Shown piece by piece: positions 12,926 through 25,582 of a stretch of DNA of 64,000 bases (positions are counted from its first letter, which is position 1; every line of letters starts with the position of its first letter). The DNA comes from Azolla caroliniana (taxonomy: Eukaryota > Plantae > Polypodiophyta): the NCBI GenBank assembly GCA_043228905.1, contig JBHGNT010000012.1, positions 7,874,001 through 7,938,000 of the forward strand, in the 5' to 3' direction. The notes beneath the pieces were generated by a model. That model was not told the DNA's origin. It did no database searches and saw only the letters and a program-made list of their open reading frames with translations. A program made the position numbers and the translations under genes.

Positions 12926-14694
12926 ATCTGAATGGATCAATGATGAACTAATGTGTGTTATCTCATACCCGGCAATGGTTCTTTGTATGTTTTTCAAAAT
13001 CCTCAACAAAGTAAATAAGTAAGTGTCTCTATGTATATGCACACAATTGTTTGTGAATCGTGATATTTGGGTGGGTGGTAGTTTAACTAGAAAATCATAT
13101 TTTTTGAGCAACTTGGCATGCTTTGTCATTATTGCACTTGGATTGATACAAACTCAACTTTTGATAAGAAAAAAAATAAAAAAGTAGTCCTTGTAATCCT
13201 TCACTTTAAGCACACATACACTTTATGTTTATTATTTAAAGTAATGAGCGCATTTGCCTTGGGCAAATTAAAGAGCTCTTTTCTTGGGGATTGGTGTAGA
13301 AGCTTGAACATGGTATGCTATAGAATGAAGCCTTGCCATGAAACCGATGGATATATTGGTTTCTTTAGAAGGAAATCGTAGAGATCCCCCCTAGAGACTA
13401 ATGATTTGGAAAACAATAGTAGGAACTCATAACGAGACAAGAAGTAGATATATTATTGATATGTCACATCAACATCCACTTACATGTACAATGTACACCG
13501 ACATACACACAAAATAACTAACATTGAATGGAACTCTTTATAGAACATGATAGCAAGAGAGACCCCATAAAGTAGGAAGATCTAATAAGAAGTGAAACTT
13601 AAATAAGAATACATGTGATGAGAGAGAGCGAGAGCTGTATTAAGATATCTTAAAGGACAATGTGGCCTAATGATACATATCTTACACGTCTCGCCAAAAA
13701 CAAGACAAACCTCAACTTGTCTTTTTCAAATAAGATATGCAAAGGATTTATATAATTGTAGTCGCCACTTTGGTCCCACTGTCCTTTAAGAGGCATTAGT
13801 ACAAGAATACACACATATTTGGGACATTCTTTAATAGATCTATTACCGTCCTTTAAGTGCTAACTATGAGCCCATTGGACCAACCACTTGATAATGAGTA
13901 TCCACATGTGGTTTCTACATAGAGAGTGAAATCTAATCAAGTAATCTTGTTATCATTAAGTCATATAATGGTGGAGAGCAATAGATTCACATTATGGTCG
14001 CACGAGAACCAAACTGCCACCTAATCATTATCAATAAGTATTCACTAGAGAGAGGAGAGATCCAAAAATGTTTCATGGGACCAAGACATTCACTAGAGAG
14101 AGGTCTAGAGAAAGAAATAGTACATACACATTTTTGAAATCTAGGTAAGTAACGTTTGTATGATCAACTTTTTAACATCATTGTTATAGACTAAGAGTGA
14201 GTCTATAGAGGTCTCTTGTGATATTAGAGTGCAGAGAGAGCTTTTACCATGAACCAAGACCAGCTTCTTAAACCGGAACCAAGAGACCTAATAAGTATAG
14301 AGATAGACGGATCGATAGGTTTTCTCGTGTTCACGGGAGATCGAATATGATCTTATCTATGTGAGGAAGCTTAGGGAGGGAGACACATGACAATGACAAC
14401 GATGATATGTTCTTGTACTTAAGAGAGAGAGAGAGAGAGGAGCCTTCAAGGTTACGAAGAGAGCAGTCATGCATGTAAACAAATGCAACACACAATACAG
14501 GTACATACATATACAAAGCTTCAAAGGAGAACGGACATGGCAACTCTCTCTCTCTCTCTCTCTCTGGGGGTGGGGGGGGATGTTAACAGACTGGTTCTCT
14601 CGAAACATGGTGAACGAACATTGTGCAATCGTTAAAAAGATCGGTTGGGGCGAGTTTCTCTGGCATACTAGAGACGAAAGCTCTCTATGTATCA

Positions 14695-14864
14695 TATGTA
14701 TATGTCTATGTATGTATGTGTGTGTATGTATGTATGTATGTATGTAAGTATGTGTATGTATGCATGTATGTATGTATGTATGTATGTATGTATGTATGTA
14801 TGTATTTTCTATCCATCATATTATTACATGTTACCCCCTCTTCTCTGCAAAAAGAGCTCTGAAC

Positions 14865-14922
<58 letters not shown>

Positions 14923-15042
14923 CTGTGTCTGTGTCTGTGTCTGTTTCTGTCTGTGCAATCAATGAATACTTCCCCTCGGCGTGAAGGCAAGGCATGGAGA
15001 AACCCCAAAAAGAGAAAAAGGAAAATCATATACCCTTCTTCC

Positions 15043-15078
<36 letters not shown>

Positions 15079-15108
15079 TTCTTCTTCTTCATCTTCATCT
15101 TCTTCTTC
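14695..15108. repeat. Microsatellite cluster (TATG)n, (CT)n, (CTGTGT)n, (CAT)n/(CTT)n upstream of the peptide gene
   Basis: Direct reading; explains the low-complexity spurious ORFs here. Confidence 0.9.
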
Positions 15109-15260
15109 AATCATCCATCAAATCTCTGCACGATTTCTTGTTTCAGAGATCTTAAGCTTTTCTCACTCTGTTCCTTTCTCTCCTCCTTCCCCCCTTCCTC
15201 CCTGTTTCTTCATCCAACCTCTGGTTTCATCCTCTTCTTACTGTAGGATTGGTTTCCATT

Positions 15261-16223
15261 ATGCGGATCGGTAGTTTCTTCATCCATCTGCTCCTTCTAT
15301 TCATCAGCCTCTGGAGCTTCTTCTTCATTGCAGATTGCAGAATACTTCATCATCATCATCATCATCATTATCGTCGTCATCACCTCCTCCTTCCAGAAAA
15401 TTCTCATGCTCAGGTACTAATCGCCTATTTCTCTTCTTTCCCCTTATGCATGTCTATATGTATGTGTGCATTTGTGTATGTATGCATTCATGCATGTCTG
15501 TATTTTGCAAAACAATGTATGTACGTATGTATCTTGCAAAACAATGAATGCTTGTATTCATGTATGTACGTATGTATCTTGCAAAATAATGAATGCTTGT
15601 ATTCATGTATGTACGTATGTATTCTTGCAAACAATGTATGTTTGTACGTATGAATGCATCTATGTATCTTGCAAATGCTGCATAATGTATGTGGTGCATC
15701 TTGCAAACATACAGTGCATGTGCACATTAGGCCATCAAAACTTGCTACTTGTTACTGTTGTCTTTCAAGGTATTAGGCCATCATCAAGTAACTAATTACT
15801 TATAATGTGGTTTCGTAAGGTATTATTGATCCATCAAAAAACTGATTGTAGATCTAGTTTCTTAATCTACGGGTTTAGGGGTATGTTTCCAAGCAATACA
15901 CCATTTTCCATGCAGCCAAGAATAATCTTAATTTTTTTTGTTTTTGTGAAAGAAGAAAGCAAAAAGATGATTCCTCTAACCCGTCGATCCGAATGTGTTA
16001 GGTTGAATCTGTGGAGAAGCAAGCCCCAGATGCTGAACTGAGTAATTCTTCAACGAAATTCTCAGTTGATCCTAAGAAGAGACTACTAAGGGCAATGAAT
16101 CATGAAGATTATGGTGATGCAAGGGCACCCCCAGGGATGCCGCAAGCTCAACGTGGGCCCGTGGTTTTCAACCGCAAGAGAAAGGGACCCAAACTTCCTC
16201 CCTCAATCAAACCCAAACCCTAA
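15261..16223 (+). CDS. Small secreted peptide precursor, PSY-like (DY tyrosine-sulfation motif), 124 aa, 2 exons
   Basis: Exon 1 15261-15413: MRIGSFFIHLLLLFISLWSFFFIADCRILHHHHHHHYRRHHLLLPENSHAQ (hydrophobic signal peptide, ADC|R-like cleavage), donor CAG|GTACT. Exon 2 16002-16223 after TTAG|, phase-0 compatible: VESVEKQAPDAELSNSSTKFSVDPKKRLLRAMNHEDYGDARAPPGMPQAQRGPVVFNRKRKGPKLPPSIKPKP*. Confidence 0.75.
15510..15710. repeat. ~45-bp minisatellite in the intron of the peptide gene
   Basis: GTATGTACGTATGTATCTTGCAAAA(C/T)AATGAATGCTTGTATTCAT occurs ~3 times plus degenerate copies. Confidence 0.8.
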
Positions 16224-18128
16224 AACAACCCAGAAGTTTGCACACATTTAGCCTCATAACATAATATGGGCCATTGAATGTTGGCATGGGCCTCCTTTAC
16301 TAGCATATTCTTATATGATAACACTGATTTATGCTAACAATTTAGTATAAATAATGAGCTTCTAGTGATTGATTTCTTCTTTCAAAGAGATATTGGCCAA
16401 TTGGGAAATATTAGGAAGGCTTAAACCACCTGCAAGAGGTTATGGAGTGTGTTAAAAGATTTAAACCTTGCACAAGATAGAAGACTGGACGAACAAGCAA
16501 GTTTCAACCTGGGCTGCCAAGGAAGGTACCATTTGTATAGAAAAACTTAGTTTATTTTGTGGGTAAATACTGCAGAGATTGGCGAAATGTTGCACTTATA
16601 ACAGTGGGGTGTGATTGGTTAGGATGCTTTTCGTTTCTCAGTTTGTGATTTAATGTAAAAGGGATTCAAAAGCGATCTTATTTGATAAGGACTATCAGAG
16701 TGGATGAACATTGCTCTTGTAAGGGACCATATATATATGTAGGGTGTGTGGTTAATTAGCACACTTACCATTTCAAGGTTTGCAAGGTTTTGTTGAGACA
16801 TGGCAATGACTAATTGTAGTTACACTGGATTCATTTCTCTCGCAAGCTAATATGTGGACAATAACTGTGATAATTTCTCCCTTTGGAAAATATGTCATTG
16901 TTCAAGTTACTCAGGTGCCCCACTGTATTCACAGATAAAGAGTCCGTGAAATCCTTGGCCATTTTAATGCACACAACTCAAATGCAACACGTCATTCTGA
17001 CACACGATTGTGCTTTAGTTATCTCCACACAAGATTTGGCAACAAAGTTGTTGCATTCTCAAGCCATAATCTGTATATATATATAGGACATAGCTTTAAG
17101 TTAATTAAAAAAAGCTATCAAACCTACTCATCCATTACTGCATTCTTGCCTCTTTCTTGACCAAGATTAGTTTGTCATTTGTATCAAGTGTCTAATCTTC
17201 AATTCTCATCACAACAAAAAAACAAAACATCATCAAGAGTCATCAATGCCATGCAATCATGGATGCGTCTTCATCACAAACAAATAATCGCCTGCATAAG
17301 ATGCACTTTATTAGGTCCCATGCATAACAATATTATATTACATCTTGTTATGTCCACCATGTCCATTCACCTCAACCATGACAAAAATGTAGTGGTTCCA
17401 ATAAACATATTCTCAATCTTTCTTTCCTTTCTTGATCAGGACCAATCCCCACATTGTCTTTGCATCTTGATCTTCATGCCCTTATCTGACTTCTTCACAA
17501 GTTTCCTTCTATAGGGTTAATGGGTTCTCTTATAGATGTAGCAATGATTTAAACTTTCCAATTCAAGGTTATCCTCAAGGGGACATACTCTATTACTCAA
17601 CATGAACTTTCTCTGTCACACACAACAATAACTTACCACGTCTTCTCATTTTGTTACGTCATCACAACGTTTCCATCATGCATTCACCTTATGCATAATA
17701 GGCATCACAATATAGAAAGACCTTATCCATAATAGGCACTCAAATACAGTGGCTTCGACAAATCCATTCTCCATCTTTCTTTCCTTTCTTGTCCAGGAGC
17801 AATCCTCGCTTTGTCTTACATTGTCCTTGCATCTCAATCTTCGTGCCCGTCTCCAACTGCTTTACAAATTTTGATTTTTATAGCCCATTTTTAGTGCGCT
17901 CCTTTCCACGTATCAACTGCTTTCTTTCACAAGTTTCTTTGACAAGCACACATCTCATTCAAAAGCTGGTCAACAAATTCATTTCTGTACATGCACATGT
18001 AATCAACCTTTGTTGAGGTATCCATGAGAGATTCCTTTCATGAAAATCTTCAATCTATCTCTCATCCTCTACTCTTTACGTATTTATTTGACCCATGAGA
18101 ACATAAACTTCAATCACGTCCATATGCT

Positions 18129-20306
18129 TCACTTCTGACCACACATATTCTGTTCTACTTGCAAGAGGTGCCCAAAGCATTTGGCTCCAATTTTTGATTC
18201 TCCATGTGTTTTACAAGCGCTTAGTAAAGCTGCCCATGTTTTGCCGGATGTTGAGCATTGTGACATTTCTAACAATTTCATGGCATTGTACAAATGTCCC
18301 GATCTTGCAAGGATATCAACCATACATGTGTAGTGCTCCACAGTGGGTGTAATGCCATATTCTTCTTTCATCAATTTGAAATATTCCCACCCTGGAACTA
18401 CTAGATTGGCATGGCTACATGCGTCTAGAAGACATGTGAATGTGATTGCATTTGGCCTAACACCTTGTTTTTGCATCTCTTCAAAACAAGAAAGAACCAT
18501 ATGGCTATCATGATGTAAGCCATATCCTTGGATCATTGAGCTCCACGAAGCAATGTTACGCGTTAAACATGTCAGGAACAATTCACGCGCCCTTGAAACA
18601 AGCCCACATTTGATATACATACAGAGTAGGCTATTGCAAATCAGTTGGTCACCTTCCATACCCTTCCATGTGATTTCAAAGTGCAAACAAATGCCATTGT
18701 GTATGGTCCCAAGATTACCACAAGCTTTCAACAAACAAACATATGTAGCAATGTTAGGGGCAATTCTCTCTTCTTGCATACGTTGGTAACTTACAAGTGC
18801 TTCTGAGTAGGGTCCATGATCAGCATATCCCCCTATTAGAGCTGTCCAAGTGACCACATTTCGGCTTTCCAGTTTCTCGAAGATTGCTTGAGCATCTAAA
18901 AGTGAGCCAAATTTGGCATACATGTCTAATAATGTGCTGCTTACCATAATGTCCTCTTCAAAACCCATCTTAGTAACATTTGTGTGAATTTCTCCACCAC
19001 TATTAAGATTTACTAGGGCACCACAAGCTCTCAATGCACAAACATAAACAGCATTATTTGGCAAGATACCTTTATCTTGCATCAATCCAAATAATTTCAA
19101 AGTTTCTCCATTAGATTCGCTGTTGACATAAGCTGTAACAAGTGCTGCCCATGAGATGATATTAGGAGTTTGAATTTCATCAAAGACATTTTGTGCCTCT
19201 AACAGTGAGCCACATTTTGAATACATGCCTATTAAACTGTTCGCAACACAAAGTTCATTTTCTATCTCTTTGAGCACGATTAACAAGTGTATTTTCTGTC
19301 CCTTCTCGAAAGCCTCCAAATTGCCACATGCTTTCAAAGCGCAAGCAAAGATAAAAGCATCTAAATCGATGCCTTTTGATTCCATATCATCAAAGAGAGA
19401 GAGGGATTTTTCTTCATATCCATATTCTGAATACCCTACCATTAGTGCTGTCCATGATATACTATCAGAGAGAGTCAATTTGTTGAAGACTTCCTGAGCA
19501 TCAAGAAGGCACCGACATTTGGCATACATAGCAACAAGCGCATTTCCTGTCGAATAATGATTCTCCACTCCAAGTTGAATGATTTGTATATGTATTTTCC
19601 TGCCTTCATTCAAGGCTTGTATGTTGCTACAAGCCTTCAAAACACTAGAGAAAGTAAAAGCATTCGGGGTGATACAGTCTTGTTTTTGCATCATGGCAAA
19701 ACATTTTAATGCCTCGTCTTCATGTCCATGTTCGGCATAGCCTACTATTAGAGCTGTCCATGACACCACATTCCGATTCTCCATTGTTTTGAAGGCACAA
19801 TAAGCATCGAACATCAAGCCACATTTGGCATACATACTAATTAGAGTATTAACCACAATAACACCGCCTCCAATTTCATCATCAGTTTTAATTAGCCCTT
19901 TCTCTATAATCTCTTCATAAATCTGTCGGCCTCTCTCAGGTTCACCCAACATTCCACAAGCTTTCAAAATACCGACCAATGTGAAACTACTCGGATTGAC
20001 ACCATCCTCTCTCATTCTCTTATACAATCTCAAAGCATGATGCAAATTTCCACATCCTATGTTGCCTACTATAAGAGATGTCCATGAGCGTTCATTTTGC
20101 TCGCATCGATCAAACACTTCTTCTGCATCAATTATGCTTCCACATTCAACAAACATGGTCACAAGGTGCTCTGAAAGTCCTTTATGATTCTCCAATCCTT
20201 CATTCAAGATGTAGGTATACATACACATGGCATGGTCTAGATTCTTGTTCTTCTTGCATATCTTTAGACTTGATACAATATTTTTTATCGAACAAGGCCC
20301 AGGCAT
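18129..20306 (-). CDS. PLS-class pentatricopeptide repeat protein with partial E domain, 725 aa
   Basis: Repeated P/L/S motifs (..NTLISMYAKCG..A..F..M..RNVVSWTALI.GYA..; P..FTF..VLKAC). Terminal EHYTCMVDILARSG..WAALLSACKTHG. No DYW domain. Confidence 0.93.
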   Translation of the reverse strand: MPGPCSIKNIVSSLKICKKNKNLDHAMCMYTYILNEGLENHKGLSEHLVTMFVECGSIIDAEEVFDRCEQNERSWTSLIVGNIGCGNLHHALRLYKRMREDGVNPSSFTLVGILKACGMLGEPERGRQIYEEIIEKGLIKTDDEIGGGVIVVNTLISMYAKCGLMFDAYCAFKTMENRNVVSWTALIVGYAEHGHEDEALKCFAMMQKQDCITPNAFTFSSVLKACSNIQALNEGRKIHIQIIQLGVENHYSTGNALVAMYAKCRCLLDAQEVFNKLTLSDSISWTALMVGYSEYGYEEKSLSLFDDMESKGIDLDAFIFACALKACGNLEAFEKGQKIHLLIVLKEIENELCVANSLIGMYSKCGSLLEAQNVFDEIQTPNIISWAALVTAYVNSESNGETLKLFGLMQDKGILPNNAVYVCALRACGALVNLNSGGEIHTNVTKMGFEEDIMVSSTLLDMYAKFGSLLDAQAIFEKLESRNVVTWTALIGGYADHGPYSEALVSYQRMQEERIAPNIATYVCLLKACGNLGTIHNGICLHFEITWKGMEGDQLICNSLLCMYIKCGLVSRARELFLTCLTRNIASWSSMIQGYGLHHDSHMVLSCFEEMQKQGVRPNAITFTCLLDACSHANLVVPGWEYFKLMKEEYGITPTVEHYTCMVDILARSGHLYNAMKLLEMSQCSTSGKTWAALLSACKTHGESKIGAKCFGHLLQVEQNMCGQK

Positions 20307-21524
20307 GCCTTCGAAAACTAGCCAAGAACGTCTCCTTTGTAGTCATAAGTGCTTAGGTGATCTCAAGCAAGTCTTTAGATTTTACCAAATTTTCTTCCTA
20401 ACCATAAAACTGAAAGGCCTTCATAAAAGCACAGAATAAAACCATCATTTCCTCGCTCTGAACCCAGACTAAATTGGAGTAGATTCAGAAGTGTCTCACA
20501 AAGAAAAAGGACTGAAAATATACCGGAAGATTGTTGGATGTTCGGCTCCAAAACCCATTTCTGCATTAATTGGGGAAATCGACTCCAGAAACCAGAACTA
20601 AGAATAGTCCTCTGTGTGTTGGTCTCTTGAGAAAACATGGTATACATACATATTACATACATTCATTCATTCCAATTACCTGAATTTATTCCTTCAGTTG
20701 CCTAAAGAAGGGAGAAACATTAATGGGCATTTTGCATTAAGTCTCCTCATCAATGGGCAGTTTTAATTAAGTCTCCTAATTAATGAGACATTTTCATGCC
20801 AAAAGATTGATTAGGGTTTAGAGCTAAAACATCACATGTGATATCCCGGTGGCCATTCAAAGTGTATGCAGTTCATTAGGTAACTTCTGGACCTTTCCTT
20901 CTCATCATTTACTAACTCTAAAATCTAAATTCATTAGACTTAGGGCCATCAAGAGGTCCTAACCAAGCCTGATCTATTTATTGGAAATGACAAAATTTAA
21001 ATGTTTTCGAAATTTTCGAAATGCAGATTACGATTAGGAATCAATTGGTATAATACATAAGCTTTTTATGGTCGTTGTCGTGTAAAAACATGCATGCATG
21101 TGTGTTGCTTGAGCGGGACCATGGGGGTCCTATTACTTGAATCCCCTTTATATATTATTGGTGCACAAAGGTCGAGATGTAGAGAACACTTGGGAGGCAA
21201 ACGTAGAAGACAACACAAATTTAGTCAATGATGCGAACATTGATGGTGACGTGAATGTCAAAGATGGCAGCGTGAACGTAGATGCGAGGGTTAGGGCGTG
21301 AACAACGATGCGAACAAATGAAGATGCGAATGTTCGAGAAACACGAATGATGGGAGGATGTGATGGTTTGGGAGGACATGCATGTTGCCGAAGCGGTTGT
21401 TTTACTTCCTTTCTTCTAATATAATTCCTTTTATCATACTTCTCTCTCTCTTGTGATTCTCTCACATTATCTCTTCTCTCCATCTCGGAATCGTGATAGT
21501 TTGAACTGAATTGTTGTAGTACTA

Positions 21525-22165
21525 ATGGCCTCTATTAGCACACATGAATACCAATATGTCCTTTCGGAGCTTCAGTGCTTGAAAGAAAAGTTCATGGCAC
21601 TGGAACAAGAAAATAAACGTATGTTGGGTGATCTACAACAAATCACCATAGAAAAGCAACAACAACACAGGGAGTTGACATTACAAGTACAACAACACAA
21701 GGAATTGACATTATGAGTGCAACAATTGGAAGCAACTATCGCGTTGTTACAACAACAAAGAACAAGTACTCAAGGGATCCTCAAAGATCCTTAAAGAACC
21801 CAAGATTAGTCAAGTCCCATGAAGTTTGGTGGAGCACGTTCACAATTTAGAGGGTTCCGCAACGAGGTACATTTGATAATTCAAATGCATCTTTCTCAAT
21901 ATCTAACCAATGCATCATGAGTGGGGTTAGTAGGCACTTAGTGGTACAACATTAGCCTGGTTTGCCCCCTTTGCTAGAAAAAGGATCTCCTTTGTTAAAT
22001 AATTTCGAGGAGTTCATTAGTGAGTTTAAAGCATGTTTTGGAGAATCTACCAATAGTGTTAGAACAACAATCAACAAAATCCGAAGACTACGTCACGGGA
22101 ATCATCCGACCTCAGCTTATCTGCTAATTTTCATCTACTCGCAAACAATATTCCATGGGATAACC
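21525..22165 (+). pseudogene. Degenerate Ty3/gypsy gag (Tcn1/PEG10-like), 5' part; possible 5' LTR ~21076-21498
   Basis: Coiled-coil N-terminus, then KEPKI..KFGG.RSQFRGF..LAWFAPLLEKGSPLLNNFEEFISEFKACFG..IPWDN. Interrupted by the 22166-37761 insertion. Confidence 0.7.
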
Positions 22166-25100
22166 TGTCAGGGCCATAGCCAAAGACAAGTTAAAAATGA
22201 AGAAAAGAATGAGAAGTAGAAAATAAGAAAAGAATGAGAGAGAAATAAGATGTTGAAAATGTATTAGAATGAGAACAAGGGTTACAATAGCAAATGAGAA
22301 CAAGGGTTACAAGAGTATGCCGAAGACTAGCGTTGAACCGGAATGGTTCATCAATACTTCGATACATGTTTATATAGCATGCTTTGGATACATGCATGTT
22401 GGCCACCTCATAGGCACACATGATTGCCATTTGGCATTCATGCAAGCATGACGCTTGGTAATAATGCGTTAGCCTATGCGGTGGCGACATTTCAAAATAT
22501 TATATATGTTTCTTCCTGATCTAATATGAGAATTTATAACTTTATATATGTAATATAATGTATCCTAGTGATTGAAGCTACACATTATCTTTGAGAAGGT
22601 CATGGGTTGGAATCTATACTACAAGTCTTGGAGTTTTGGTATATGTTCATGACATTATCCCCTTCCTTTGATGACGAGTTCCACGAGTCGCAATGCACAA
22701 ACTAGGAGTTGGCTTATTCGGATATCGTTGATGAAATTCATCTACAAGTTCTTTGCTATTATTGAGATTTTCAGCTAGCCCCCATTTCGAGTTGCAAGTG
22801 TATAACCCAACCAATCAACGTAATAATACAATTTGTTCTTCACAACTTTGGAGTCCAAAATCGATTTCACTTCATATTCCAGGCCTTCATTAAGCTTAAT
22901 AGGAGGTGGAGGGGGGCAACGCGATCTGGAATAGAGTTTGAAGCATAAGGTTCAAACTTGTCTTTGGCTACGGCCTTGAAAGTTTGAACCGGAATGGTTC
23001 ATCAATACTTTGATACATGTATAATTATATAGCATGCTTTGGATACATGCATGCTCGCCACCTCATAGGCACGCATGATCGCCATTTGGCATTCATGCAA
23101 GCATGCCACTTGGTAATCATGCGTTAGCGTATGTGGTCGCGACTTTTCTTAATATTATATATGTTTCTTCCTGATCTAATATGAGAATTTATAACTTTAT
23201 ATATGTAATATAATGTATCCTAGTGATTGAAGCTACATATTATCTTTGAGAAGGTCATGGGTTGGAATCTATATTACGAGTCTTGGAGTTTTGGTATATG
23301 TTCATGACATTATCCCCTTCCGTTGATGACGAGTTCCACGAGTCACAATGCACAAACTAGGAGTTGACTTATTCGGATATCGTTGATGAAATTCAACTAC
23401 AAGTTCTTTGCTATTATTGAGATTTTCAACTAGGCCCCACGTTCGAGTTGCAAGTGTATAACCCAACCAATCAACGAAATGATACAATTTGTTCTTCACA
23501 ACTTTGGAGTCCAAAATCGATTTCACTTCATATTCCGGGCCTTCATTAAGCTCAATAGGAGGTGTAGGGGGGGCAACGCGATTTGGAATAGAGTTTGAAG
23601 CATAAGGTTCAAACTTGTCTTTGGCTACGGCCTTAACAATTTGAACCGGAATGGTTCATCAATACTTTGATACATGTTTATATAGCATGCTTTGGATACA
23701 TGCATGCTCGCCACCTCATAGGCACGCATGATCGCCATTTGGCATTCATGCAAGCATGACTCTTGGTAATCATGCGTTAGCCTATGCGGTGGCGACATTT
23801 CATAATATTATTGAAAAGAATGGCTTGCGGAAGCAATATAGGAAAACCGAACAATAGAAAACGCAGGTTTAATGGAAAGCTTAGGTTTTCACAGTACGCA
23901 CAGGAGAGACAGAGAGAGAGTAACACAAGAACTTAAATTCGAAAATAATACTCAATCTGTACATAGGATGTGCACAGTGAGCACTTTTATACAAGCCCTG
24001 ACAATGGCTAACACAAGTACTGACAGTACTTGACTGCTCATAAATGAGCCTCGACACTTACTCCCAAAACTATTCCTTACGAGGAATATCTTTCTAATGG
24101 CCTTTCGGTCTACGCACCGATACGGCCTTTCTACGCACCGGTCTGCGGACCGGTTTTATGCACCCAATCTATGCACTGGTTACGCATCGTATTACGCACA
24201 AATGTTGAGCTTGTCTCTCAACACTCCCCCTCAAGCTCAACTTGAGGTTCCGCCTGCTCTGCCGGACCTACGCTCCGGCTTCTCCTAGCTCCATGCCTCA
24301 CTCGCGCTCCTTGGCCTGTTCGACTCTGCGTGCTTCGACCCTTCTGGTCGGCTTGTCTGCTCCCACGGCCCTTCACAGGTCCCTTGCTGTCGCGGTGTTG
24401 GCGCTTCTCCTGCTGCCTTCTTTTCCGCTTGGCCCTTAGTTGATTCAGTGTATCTGAATCAAACATCCGAACCGACTCGGCTACCTCCGATCGGTTTTCG
24501 CTCTCGTCCGAGTTGGCTGTCTCCAACTCGTCTTCAGTCTTCTCGCCCTTGACAACATCATCTCCCCCATGCTTGGTTGGCTTTGGCTCTTTCTTTCGGC
24601 TACTCCCCTTGTGTCTGCTTTCGGACTCTTCCGCGGATCCACTCTCAGCTTCTTCAGCCGATCGGAGGTCTTTTCCGCTCCTTTCCTGCTCCCTTTCGTG
24701 GTCATCTGGGACGTTTCTCCCCCTCAAGTTCGGCACGTCGAAGTGACGCAACCCAAGCGCACCCGAAAATTGCCTCAACTTGTCCAGACCAAGAGGCTTG
24801 GTGAAGATGTCGGCGGTCTGCCGATCTGTCGGAACATATTGAAGTTCGATTTCACCAAAAAGGACACGCTCACGGACAAAATGGTAGTGCACCTCAATGT
24901 GCTTGGTCCGTGCGTGGAAGACGGGGTTCTTCGCGAGTTGGATGCTGCTGAGGTTGTTGTAGTAGATCGTCGTTGGATCAGACACCTCCACCTGCAGATT
25001 CTTAAGTAGCCGCTTCAACCATATGGCTTCGCATGTTGCGACAACTGCTCCTCTATACTCGGCTTCGGTGCTCGACAGTGCAACTGTCGGCTACTTCTTG

Positions 25101-25582
25101 CTACTCCACGCTATCGTGGCACTCCCAAGAGAGAACGCATATATTATAGATCACAGCACTAATGTAAGCTTAAGATAAGGATAAAGAATTGAAAGATAGA
25201 AAGGAGAAAGAGAAAGAAGGGTGCCGATCCACCCGACCACCCCCGAGCGAAGGGATCGAGACGGACTCGAGCCTCGATCGGCGTCCCATACCACCGCCGT
25301 GGCGTCGAGTCGTACCTGGTGTTGGAGCGCTCGCTACAAAAGTTGACCCACCACACGAGCAGAGTCTCGATGTAGTCAAAAGATGATCCAATGAGGGTAG
25401 CTAGGCCTCTTATTTATAGCGATACCCAAGGCCCCCAGGCAAGTTCACACTTGACCTAATGGGTTGTCTCAATCCCGAGGATTAAAAGTAATCCTCCCCT
25501 TTTTCACACTCTCGTTTAACCCTCACACTTATCCCCGTGTATAGAATACTACGGTAAATTCTTACCACGGGATATTATATGG

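Noticed and set aside
14331-15274. Many overlapping low-complexity ORFs (poly-M/K/S/RE/YVCM)
   Set aside because: They are translations of microsatellites.
25159-25391. Small ORFs repeated at 12.3, 31.7 and 53.3 kb (MWWVN..RRWYGTPIEAR)
   Set aside because: They recur because they lie in copies of the same LTR, start at non-ATG codons, and show no sign of coding constraint.
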